64,000 bases of DNA from a virus. A program made the translations under genes and the position numbers. A model generated the notes under the pieces. That model was not told where the DNA came from and ran no database searches. It was given only the letters and a program-made list of their open reading frames with translations. Within the stretch, counting starts at the first letter, position 1, and the number at the start of each line of letters is the position of its first letter. The DNA is taken from the IMG/VR virus record IMGVR_UViG_3300032046_005540, positions 32,001 through 96,000 of that record; one strand, written 5' to 3'. This document shows positions 11,195 to 22,300 of the stretch, piece by piece.

Positions 11195-11793
11195 TTATTC
11201 CTCTTGAGGACCTGCTGGAGCAGGATCACAATCATTTCTTTCCTCTTCTTTTGTTTTGTAAAAATCACTAAAGTCCTCTTTTACTCCTGTTTCTTCTACA
11301 AAACGATCCATAATCATATTTATCCATCCTAACTTTTGGTGACAACTTTTACAATAAATTTTATAGAATCTACCACACTTTTTACAGCGAGAAGGAAAAT
11401 CGAAAAAGGTAGGAAAGATTAATATTGAATGATGAAATAAAACTACTTTAACTTGAATCCATTGATTTTTCTTTTTCAATAATTCTTTATATTTTTCAAC
11501 CTTTGGGTAATGAACTTTGCTTTCTTTATTATTTTCTTTAAATCTAAATTCAACCGTTACTTGATTTTTAGAAACAACTATGTCTTTTACCAAAGCTTGC
11601 ATTATCATCTTATCCACTTAACTTTCCTCCTTTATATCAACTCTTCTTATTCTTATTTTTCCATTCACCATACATTGTAATCAAAGGGCCAGTATACTTT
11701 TTCTCTTTCTTAGATTTCTTTGGTTTCTTTTTCATTTTCTCTTTGCCTTTATCTTTACTTCCCATTTAAACCTCCTTTATACTTTACCAAACT

Positions 11794-12066
11794 TTACTCT
11801 TTCTCCTTCAAAGATTTCAGCTTATTTTCATAAGCATTCAAAACTACACTCTCTAACTTAACTCTTGTAGTAGTATTTATTGGATGAATAATATCCCTAA
11901 AAACTCCATCCTTACCTCTTTTGTTAGGCATCGCAACAAAAAGGTCTTCTGTTCCTTGAATAACTTTCATTCCATGAATGACAAATGCGTTATCAAATAC
12001 TACATCGACGAAAGCCTTAAGTTTCGGTTCGTCTCTCAACGTGATTTTTACTTCGGTGATTTCCAT
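11794..12066 (-). CDS. spoVG: SpoVG family DNA/RNA-binding regulator
   Basis: MEITEVKI..KLKAFV..FDNAFVIHGMKVI..LFVAMP..FRDIIHPIN. Confidence 0.92.
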   Translation of the reverse strand: MEITEVKITLRDEPKLKAFVDVVFDNAFVIHGMKVIQGTEDLFVAMPNKRGKDGVFRDIIHPINTTTRVKLESVVLNAYENKLKSLKEKE

Positions 12067-12389
12067 TTGCTTTCTCCTTTTTTAAAATGTTTGTTTTTAA
12101 TATTTATAAACACTATCTTTCTTTTCTAAATTTTTCTTTTCTAAATCTCCAACATTCCGGGCAAAATGTTTTTTTATCATCTTCCATATGCCAATGATTA
12201 TCATAAAGCCAAGATTCTATTGTTTTATTCTTTTCTTCTAACGAAGACCAAGAACCTATAACCTTACTTTCAAAAGCATGCCGAGAGCAATTCTTTCCAT
12301 CACATGTTACAATATAAAATTTACCTTCATATAATGACATTATTTATCTCCTCCTTTTCACTAATATAATACAATATTTTAAATACTAT

Positions 12390-12635
12390 CTAACAACTTT
12401 TTTTCTTAAAAATTACCATATACAAAGCATATAAAGTAACTGCAACCCAAACTCCATTAAACAACCATACTGACCAAGCTTTTGCACAAATTCCTACAAC
12501 AATAAAAGAAAGCCCTCCTACTAATTGTAAAATAAGGTAAATACAATTTTGGGCAGTTAATTTCTTTTTCAACAAAAGAATATAAGCAACAAATAAAGAT
12601 AAAAAAGCAATCCAATTAAAAATACCAAAATTCAT
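12390..12635 (-). CDS. Small three-TM membrane protein (PQ-loop/CBU_0592-like)
   Basis: Three hydrophobic segments; LQLVGG...LFNGVW. Confidence 0.5.
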   Translation of the reverse strand: MNFGIFNWIAFLSLFVAYILLLKKKLTAQNCIYLILQLVGGLSFIVVGICAKAWSVWLFNGVWVAVTLYALYMVIFKKKSC

Positions 12636-12766
12636 TAAAAACCTCCAAAAAGAAAGCCACGTAAAGCATAAATCGCGGCTTTTGTTAACTTCTTTATGTG
12701 CTTCACTTTACTACTCCTTCTCATCAACTTTCTTAATTGATTTAATCAAACTTTACAATAAAAACC

Positions 12767-13189
12767 TTAACTTTTTTCATCTTTTCTTACGATACGTCTT
12801 TCAAACTTTCCAAACCAATATAAAATAATAAAAGTTATAATACTTACAATTGTTGCTTCTACATAATAACCAAATCCTACCGCCATACCTACTATTCCAC
12901 ATATCCAAACACAAGCGGCAGTAGTAATCCCATGAACCGATCCTCTACTGTGTAAAATTACACCGGCCCCAATAAAACCTAACCCAGTTAATATATTACT
13001 TGCTATTTTTGTTACATCAGCACCATTACTACTAGCAAAACAAAAAGAAATATGAGCTGCAAGCATTGATCCTAAAACTATCAAAATATTAGTTCTTAAC
13101 CCAGCAGGCTTATGAAATAGTTCTCTTTCAAAACCAATCAAAGCCCCTAAAATAATTGCTATTAAAACTTTTAGAATAAAACTAAACAT
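12767..13189 (-). CDS. MgtC/SapB family membrane protein
   Basis: LGALIGFERE..KPAGLRT, GLGFIGAGVI, VHGITTAA..W. Confidence 0.92.
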   Translation of the reverse strand: MFSFILKVLIAIILGALIGFERELFHKPAGLRTNILIVLGSMLAAHISFCFASSNGADVTKIASNILTGLGFIGAGVILHSRGSVHGITTAACVWICGIVGMAVGFGYYVEATIVSIITFIILYWFGKFERRIVRKDEKS

Positions 13190-13191
13190 TA

Positions 13192-14112
13192 CTATTCCTC
13201 TGGATAAAAATCTTCAATCTTTTGCCCTTTATCTGTAACAACTTCAACATTAGATATATTTTCATATATCTTATAAATTAATTCATCAAAATACATAACA
13301 TTATCTATCAACCCAAACCATAAGGCATCAGTTGCATCATATGTTCTTCCGTCACTTATATTTTCTAAATAATTCATTACTTTTTTATCGTTTGGTTTAC
13401 TTTGATTATATATTTCTGTATATGCTTGAATTAATTTTTTCCCCCGGCAATCAAAAATATATTGAAGAAATTCACGATATAATTTATTTATCTGATTTTG
13501 TAAAATTTCTTTTTCTTCTTCTGTTAACTTACTATGAGAAAAAAACATTGTTTTATTTTTTCCTGACTTGATCAAAATATATTTCACTCCAGACATTGAA
13601 TCAGAAACTGTTTCATCAACTCTCAAAGTAAAAACACCTATAGATCCAGTTTCTCCCGAAGGAGCTACAACTATTTTATTAGCAGTACAAGCAACCCAAT
13701 ATGCTCCTGAATATAAACCCTTTTCAGAATAAACTAAAAGACTTTTATTATATTTTCTCATTAAAACACTTATTTTATGAGTAGTTAATTTAGTCTCTAT
13801 AACATCTCCTCCATTAGACTCCGTCCATGCAATAACTCCAACACAATCTGACTTTTTAAATTCTTTCTCAATTTTATTTGCCCAATCTAAACTAACATCT
13901 CCTTCTAATTTTAAAACAACAATTTTATTTTTTTCTAAAAAAGGATTATTTAATATTAAAGGGTTGGTTGTAGATTGTGTAACAGAAACATTAGAAGTAG
14001 AATTAGCTGTAAATTGACAAATGCCCCAAAAACCTACAAAAGAAACAAAAAATACAAATAATACAATTAAATATTTTTCATTATTCGTTTTCTGTATCTT
14101 CATCTTTGTCAT
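13192..14112 (-). CDS. S49 (SppA-like) peptidase with N-terminal TM
   Basis: ESNGG, SGAYW, TGSIGV, KSGKNK, DGR...A..GLID. Confidence 0.85.
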   Translation of the reverse strand: MTKMKIQKTNNEKYLIVLFVFFVSFVGFWGICQFTANSTSNVSVTQSTTNPLILNNPFLEKNKIVVLKLEGDVSLDWANKIEKEFKKSDCVGVIAWTESNGGDVIETKLTTHKISVLMRKYNKSLLVYSEKGLYSGAYWVACTANKIVVAPSGETGSIGVFTLRVDETVSDSMSGVKYILIKSGKNKTMFFSHSKLTEEEKEILQNQINKLYREFLQYIFDCRGKKLIQAYTEIYNQSKPNDKKVMNYLENISDGRTYDATDALWFGLIDNVMYFDELIYKIYENISNVEVVTDKGQKIEDFYPEE

Positions 14113-14959
14113 CTTCTTCTTCTCCTTCTACTTCTCTTTTTTCAAACAATTTTCGAGCGTCCTCTTTTTTCTTTTTTCTCATTTTTTCGCACTTTTCAGA
14201 AGTAAATTTTGGATCATATATAAATTGAAAACACTCTTTTTCAAGCCATCCATAAATACTATGTATTGGAATAAAATATCCCATATGAGTAATACTATCT
14301 CCCCATCCTATAACATTCATTCTGCTTGGAATTCCTATAAATAAATAGTCTTCTCCTTCTCCTTTTACTTCTTCCTCTTGCTTAATTAAAAATACTCCTC
14401 CCCCACTATTACCGTATATGATCAATCCGTTACTCATCCAATAAGGATGATTTTCCATTTCATCATCTTGAGATGTAATCTCTCCACGAGTGGGAATTGG
14501 AGAATGCCCAAGACTACAACCACACATATACACAGGATCAAAAATATGAATATTCTTTACATCATCTAAATATAATTTAGCAACATTTTTAACTTGTTCG
14601 TTTGATCTTAATTTTACTAAAGCAATATCTCTATCCCTATTATAAGTCATAATATCTGCTTCAATCGCAGTTCTTCCTACATTACGACTCATATTCTGAT
14701 ATTTATAAAATTCTACATTCACTGTTTTTCTTCTTTCTTTATCAATTCTTTTTGAAAGAAGAGGATCCCACTCTTTTTTAACAGATATTGCATCTTCAAT
14801 CACATGCCAGTTTGTTAAAATATATGTTTCATATTCTTCCGATCCCTTTTTTGTAGGCTTAGAATAAACAACAGTTCCACTTCCTCCCGCTTTATCAGTT
14901 TTAACGAGAGCAGAAACATATAAAATTTCTTCATGTTTCTTTTTTATATTATTGTTCAT
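14081..14959 (-). CDS. Trypsin-like (HtrA/S1-type) serine protease
   Basis: GSGTVV, LTNWHV, DIAL, GNSGGG; paralogue of 6499..7146. Confidence 0.88.
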   Translation of the reverse strand: MNNNIKKKHEEILYVSALVKTDKAGGSGTVVYSKPTKKGSEEYETYILTNWHVIEDAISVKKEWDPLLSKRIDKERRKTVNVEFYKYQNMSRNVGRTAIEADIMTYNRDRDIALVKLRSNEQVKNVAKLYLDDVKNIHIFDPVYMCGCSLGHSPIPTRGEITSQDDEMENHPYWMSNGLIIYGNSGGGVFLIKQEEEVKGEGEDYLFIGIPSRMNVIGWGDSITHMGYFIPIHSIYGWLEKECFQFIYDPKFTSEKCEKMRKKKKEDARKLFEKREVEGEEEDDKDEDTENE

Positions 14960-14970
14960 AATTTCTCCTT

Positions 14971-16335
14971 TTACTTTTCTAAAATTTCATTTGCTTGTTC
15001 AACTAAAGGTTTGTCAATGTCATAAATATAAGGATTTTTTGTTTCTGGAGCATCTTGTAAATTAAGATGATATCTCCAACTTAAACCTTTTCTTTCATGA
15101 ACTCCAGCAAAAATTTGTTTAGCATCAGAAGATAAAAATAATTTACCAATCGAATATTCATCTCCTCCAATAACACTTCCATTTAAAACAATTTCCCCTT
15201 TTATTTTATCTAAAGTTCCAGCATTATGAAAATGCCCTAAACAAACATAATCAACTTTTATTTTCCTTGAATAAAACAATTCTTGAAATCGTGAAACCAT
15301 TCTTTGAATCCCATACCATGGAATTCCCGCCCAAGAATGTATATTATCTCCATGTAAAAATAAAAATGTTTTCCCTGAAATTTCTTTTAAAGACCAAAAA
15401 CTTTTAGGTAAATTAAACTTAATATTTTTTTGATTTCTTAAAAGTAAACTTAACATTATATAAGTAACATAATCCCAATTTACATATCTATTTTTATAAC
15501 GAATTTCTTTAGTCATTCTCCCATGATTCCCTACAACCCCAACAAATTCAATTTCTGGAAATACTTGGGCTAATTCTAACATAAATTGAGCAACTACCAA
15601 AGCAGTTCCCGAAGTCCATTCTATAGGAGTATTTTCAGCAGTTTCAACCAGTTCTCCATGAATTAATCCAGTTACAAAATCTCCTAAACCTCCTATTACA
15701 AGTTTTGGAAACTCATATCCACGAAGCTTATTTTGAGATATATCCATAATAGATTCGGCTAAATATTTTAATCTATTTTTCATTATTTCAAAGTTATAAG
15801 AATTGAATCCTCCAGTTTCATCTGCACGAACTACTTCTCCACTATGCAAATCAGATAAAAGTAATAAAGCAGTTTCTTTCGTTCTTTCAACTTTAAAAGA
15901 TTTTAAGGTAGGAACTTTTACAGTAGGTAAAGCAGAAATAGTTTGATGTAAAACATTTAAAATACTTTCTTGAAGATTTGAAGTTTTATTAGCAACAATA
16001 TATTTTCTTTGAACAATTTCTAATTGTGTTTTTAATCTTTGAATTTCTCTATCTTTTGTAACAATAATATCAATTTTTTCTGGAGGAGTTTCAACAACTT
16101 CTTTTTCGATTATCTTTTGTAATTCTTCACGGGCTTCTTTTGACTTCTTAGATTCACAATTAGCATATGAAATACCTAAACGGCCTAATTTATTAGTGAG
16201 GGAAATTAAAGTTCTGTTGTTTCCAAATTTCTTATTTAAATCAGTAATAAAATCTAATGGATGAACTTTTTCACTAATTTTTTGCTTTGCAAAATTAACT
16301 TCTTCAGAGGTCCAATCAAATGACTTATTTATCAT
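14971..16335 (-). CDS. Calcineurin-like metallophosphoesterase with N-terminal HTH and coiled coil
   Basis: SDLH, GDF, GNHG, HGD, GHFH motifs. Confidence 0.85.
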   Translation of the reverse strand: MINKSFDWTSEEVNFAKQKISEKVHPLDFITDLNKKFGNNRTLISLTNKLGRLGISYANCESKKSKEAREELQKIIEKEVVETPPEKIDIIVTKDREIQRLKTQLEIVQRKYIVANKTSNLQESILNVLHQTISALPTVKVPTLKSFKVERTKETALLLLSDLHSGEVVRADETGGFNSYNFEIMKNRLKYLAESIMDISQNKLRGYEFPKLVIGGLGDFVTGLIHGELVETAENTPIEWTSGTALVVAQFMLELAQVFPEIEFVGVVGNHGRMTKEIRYKNRYVNWDYVTYIMLSLLLRNQKNIKFNLPKSFWSLKEISGKTFLFLHGDNIHSWAGIPWYGIQRMVSRFQELFYSRKIKVDYVCLGHFHNAGTLDKIKGEIVLNGSVIGGDEYSIGKLFLSSDAKQIFAGVHERKGLSWRYHLNLQDAPETKNPYIYDIDKPLVEQANEILEK

Positions 16336-16394
16336 TTATTTACCTCCTTTTTTCAGCTTTCATAATAAAATACAAAAGTTTACAATGAAAATAA

Positions 16395-19300
16395 CTAAAT
16401 TTGTTTTATCTCTCCCCCTTCTGCTCCATATGGAATACTAAAATCTGGAAAAATCAATTCTTTTGTAGGTTTATATTTTTTTAGTCTATTTGACTCGCCC
16501 CAAGGATCATCTTCAACTGTTCCTTCAATCTCAGCCTGAGCTGGTTCAGAAGGATAACCAGGCCCTTGATCTTCCCTCAAAAGCAATGAAGGGCTGTTAT
16601 AATTTTTTGTTGTAGGTTGACCTTCAAAACTTAATTTTGTTGTAGAACCCATAATTTCTTGAACTTTACCAAGAGGAAAATGTTCATCTTCAGGTGTATA
16701 TGCTTCTAATTCAGTTATAGTAGGATCTAAATCCAATGTAGTAATTAATTCAGGCACATAATACACAAAATTTCCAAGTTTTCCTGAATCTTTTAACCAC
16801 CCAATAAAATTTTTTCCGTAGTATCCCCTTTCAATATCATCAAACTTTTTTCCGGCAGATGGAAGATTAATTGTTTCAAACCACTGCACATGAGAATCCC
16901 AATCTACAGATTTTGCAGGAGGAGTTATATAAACCTTTCCTTCATATACAGCCCACAACCCACCTTCGTTTTCAAAAAATGCTTTCTTTCTTAAACTCAA
17001 CGAAGCTAAATCAATATGAGGATCTAAATTATGTTCTACGATTGAATCATTTTTATCATGTCTTGGAGGATTTGTTCTTCTTAATTTTTTATTATCTGTT
17101 TTATCTTGACTAACCCAATTTTCAGGAATTTCTGAAACATTATCAGTTAAAAATGAGATTTTTCTCATTGCTAACTTCGGTTCCCAAATAACATCTTCAT
17201 CATTATTCAAAATATACTTTATATTTTCTGGGGAAATAACTTCAGTAGAAATATACCAATCAGTCATTCCTTGCCATTCCATATATTTATTACCAAGATC
17301 TAATAATTGTTCTTTCGTTGGATTATCAATTCCTTGAGCTTCTGCTAATCCTTCCCCATACCACATAATTGTATCAGGAGCGTATTGATTTAAAAGTTCT
17401 GCAAAATTTTGTATTGTAGCACTACTTACAATAACATAAATTGAATCTGGAGAACCTTTTCCTCCATCGCTTCTATAAAGTTCCCTAGGTTCATACAAAG
17501 TAAACATTATAAAATGAGGATACCCAGGAATATTTTTAAAAAAAGGCCCTGGCTCTGTTACAAAAGAAGGATCAAGTCCTTTTTGTAAAATACTTTCTAA
17601 ATTCCTTTTTGAAGTTTCATGAGAAAATAATTTTTGTGAGGTTTTTCTCATACTTAATTTAGGAATCAAAACATCCTCTAATTCTTTTGTTTCTTCTTCA
17701 GTAACTTGATCATCTTTTATTATATGTTTAATCTTTCTCAAAATATCTAAATATCTATATCTTTCAATTAACTTAAAAAGAATATTCCCAGGAGTCCAAT
17801 TTTTGCTTAAACCTTTCTCAATTGGTTCTTGCCCGTCATAAAATGCTTTATTTCTTTCCTCATGTATTTGTTCATTTTCTTTTTGTAACTGCTTTAAACC
17901 TTGTTCAATATCTTCTAACTTTTTTTCTACCAACTTTTGAATATCCTCTTTATCTCCTTCATAAGAACTTACCAATTCTTTTAAAATATTATAATCAATT
18001 AAGTCTCTTTTAGTTTTACCTAACTCTTCATCCAGCTTTTTCATAATATTTTCAGCTTTATCTTGTAACAACTTAATTTTGTCACTAACATCCAAGTTTT
18101 CCGGCATTTTCTGTGGTGAAACGATCCACTTATCATTTAGTATATCATAAGCCTCTTCACCCTGTGTCAATACACTTTCTTTGGCTGACAATATATAATA
18201 TGTAAGAGGATGTGAGGTTCCTGGTAATTTTTCTTTATTTAAAGTGTTCCAAAACACTTTTAGCAGTTCTTTTTGCATTTCTTCGTTGTCATCCTTTGCT
18301 TTATTTAGATTGTTCTCTTTATAAATATCCCAATCTACTTCAACATGAATGTCAATATCAGAAGTCTTTAGGTATCTATAAGTTGCAGTTGATCCAGTAT
18401 AATAAAATCCTTTACACCAAAGTTCTGGATTATTTATTCCTACTTCTCTCAAATAATCAATAAACCTTTTTATAATAAGGGTTTTAACATCTTTTTTTAA
18501 TTTTGGAAGGTCTCCAGATAAATCCCACATTTCTGGATCTAAATGTTTTTGAGGGTAATCGAGAATAGATGCTTTTTTATTAAACAAATACTCAGTTTGA
18601 GAAAAAATAGTTTCAAACAATTTTTCAGCTTCTTCCTCCAAATTTGGATTAACCATATTCATAACTATATGAGGTTCTCCTGTTATAAAATGGTCATGTA
18701 TAAAACTAATGATATTATCAATAGATATCATAATATTTTCATCAGTAACTGCAAACTCTAATTCTCGTATATCATCTTCAACTATAATAATACTTTCTTC
18801 GACGTCTTTATCTTCTTCAATACCTTCATACTCTTTCTTCATGTGTTCTAACAGTTTTTGTAAATTCTCAATAAAATCATATTGAATTTCAACTAATAAA
18901 TCATGATCATAAACTCCAGGAGTTTTTAATTGTTGTTTATAAAGCTTGCGAATATTACCTATATTAATAAATGCTTTCTTCCTCAAACTCAACGAAGCTG
19001 TCATTGTTTGTTCAGAGGTAGGATTATCTCCCCAAAGCCAAGGATCTCTATTTATTTTTACTTTTCCAGGAAACTTAATATCAAACCCTTGATCCGGTTG
19101 TCTTTCAAGCCATTTATCTTTTCCTTGAAAATATACTTCTCCTTCAGGATGTTCTCCTTGTTGACCTTGAAGAGGTTCATTCGGAGTTGGTTCAGAAACA
19201 GTAGATGCTGGTTTTTTCATTCTTAAATTTAAACTTTCTATAGGTTCTTTTTCTCCAATACTTTCTATAGTATTATAAATTTCATCAAAATCTCCTTGAA

Positions 19301-22300
19301 ACCAACCAAAGCTATAAGTTAAATGCGCTTGATGAATAATTTGATCAATAGCAATTATTTTTTCAGGCAAAGACTTAGTAAGAACTATTTCCATTTCGTG
19401 TATAAAATCATTCATATCATCTTCATAGCCTTCTCTATACATTTTAGGTAGGTCTTCGGGTATATCAGGGTCATTCCAAATACGAATTTTCTCCTGTTCC
19501 ATACCGTATATCAACTTAGTAATGACGTTATCTACAAATTCGTCTGTTAATAAACCTTTTCTTTCTAATTTATAAAATCGTTTAAGTTCTTGAATAGATA
19601 ATTTGTTAGAATCAGAAATATCTTGTGCTATTTTTTCTTTTTTCTTTTTTCGAGGCCAAGAATGAGGATAATCTAAAGATTTAAGAATTGGATTAGGAAC
19701 CGAAAATAGTTTTCTTAAATAATTAAATGTTTTTGTAATTAAATTTGAAGTTTCTTTTTCTTTTTTCATAGCTAAAGTTGTAATACCTTGAGTATAATCT
19801 AACATTTGAACCATTGCATCTGGAGGAAAATTCAAAGCGTTTTTTAGTTCTTCTAAATGATCATAAAATTCATTATAATCCCCCATTCCATACCAAACTA
19901 TTCTTTTTTCTTCTGGTTTAAAATCTTTACTACCAAACGCATAATCATAAAAATATCCTCTAACTATATTATCAAATACTTCTCCAGCTGAAGGAAGACC
20001 AATTTCTTCAAACCAATTCGGATGTCTTTTTCCAGGACTATAAGTTATATAAACATTTCCTTTATATATTGCCCAAGAACTTTCATTAGAAATAGGTTCG
20101 TCATAAATAAATGTTTCTGCTTTCTTTCTTAAATTTAATGAACTGCTAATTTTTAAATTACTTAATTCATCAAGAAATGTAGACCCTTCAGAGATAGGCC
20201 CCCAAACATCTTTTTTAGCAGGGCCATATTCAAAGTAACCAGAAATAAGATGTTGTGCATAGACATCATACATATGAGATGTATGAATAACAGTATCTAT
20301 AGCAACCATCTTTTCCTGAGGAGTTTTCGCTTTTTCTAAAACTGAAATAAGTCCACGAGTAACCTGAGACCAATCTATACTCGTTAAACTATCCAATGGA
20401 TGTTTTTCTTCCCAATTAGCTAATTCCAAAAGATTTTGTATAAACTTCGAAATAATTTCATCCATTAATTCTTCATCGTAAATGCCTTTAGCTTCCTGCC
20501 TATACAACCTAAATAATTCTTGTTTAGTTGTTAGAGGTGTAGGAAAATCTTCTTCATCATTTTGAGCTGTTTTTCTTAACTGTAAACTACTTAATTTTAT
20601 TTCTTTTTCCCATCCATGAGGTAATCCTTCAATTTGATATTCATGTGTTTTAGCTTCTTCTAGACTTAACAATAAAGTACTTTGGCAAATATCACAATTA
20701 ACCATTATAATTTTTTCATCTCCAAATTCTTGAAAACCTATAAAAGTATATGTAGGAATTTTATTATGAATTTCTTTATATTTATATTCATGACTTTCAA
20801 TACCTGCTTTTTTTCTCAAATTTAAAGAAACTTTTTCAAATGGTATTAACTCTTCAAAATATGGATCTCTAACTGAAATTTCTGTATCAGGTTTTAATTT
20901 AAGGACACTTAATAGTTTTGGTAAATTATCACTAAACTCTTCAAATGTTCCTGTATCTTTATACCATATCAGCCAATTATTACCATACCAAATTCCTCGA
21001 GGAGCAGAATCAAACGCAGTTCCTCCTGTAGGTAATCCTATTTCTTCAAACCAAGTTTCATGATGTTTGTATTCTTTAGTTGTTTTATATATTTCGCCAT
21101 TATAAATTGCCCAAAGGCCATCAGCATTTGCTTTCTTTCTCATACCTAACACTAATGCATTAGGTTCTTTAGATTCTAAAATTCCTAAAATAATTTCTGA
21201 AAATCTTTCAATTTCCCAAGTGCTTAATTCCGGATAATGATTTAAAACATAATTATAAATATTTTCATAAATTTTTGGTAATTCTAAATTTTCTTTAAAA
21301 TGGTTCAATGTTCTATTAATAACTTCTGAATCTAAAGTTGCTTTTTTCTTCATACTTAACTTTGTTCCCATTCCTTCATAAGCTAAAATAGAATTTGCAA
21401 TATATTTTTGTAAATCTAACAAATTATTAATTCTATTAACATTATTTATGATTGTTTGTTTATCCTCTTCAGCAATTTGAGAATTTTCAACTCTATTTAA
21501 AACTATATTTTTTGCTTCTGTTAAATCTAAAGCTTTCCAAACATCTTGTGCAATATCTTCTAAAATAGATATAATAGGACCTTTGTATTTTTTTGGTTTT
21601 CCTCCAAACTTTAAAGATGTTAGCATACCAAAATCTTCTTTCAACTGATCTAAAATAGCAAGGGCAATAAAAACACTTCTATCCGAAAAAACTTTCAAAT
21701 CTTCTTCTAAATGTTTTGTCAAATCAAGTATAAATGGTTTTTCATTAAATAAATTTTCATAAATCTCTTCAGCATTATGTAAATGTTCAAATTGTTTTAC
21801 AAAATCCTTAATAAATATTTCTTCTTCAGGAGTTAAATTTTGTTGAGATTGTTTTCTCATACTTAATTTTTCAACTACTTTTTGTTTTTGAGTCAATTTA
21901 GGAGCTAATTTAAGTTTACCTTGTTCTTGTAAAAAATCAATTAGATTACTCCAAACTTCATCAACTTTTTTTGATTTTTCAAGCGTTAATCCTTCTTCAC
22001 TTGTTCTATCAAGATATTCGTCATAATCCATTTTTAAATGCCAAATTATTGGAAAATCGACATGCATCATATTTATAGTATTATCAATAACAATCATTTT
22101 TGAATTAATATCAAAAGCATTATTTAATTCTTCCCAACGTTGTTTCATTTCTTCAATAACTTGTAATTCTCCTTCTTCTTTTCGAATATTCTCAGGATCT
22201 ATACCTTCATACCATTCAAAATAATCTTCAAAAAAGAACATCAAATCTCGAATAATTCTATCTGTTAAATTATCTAATTTTCTTTCAGTTTGCTGAAACT

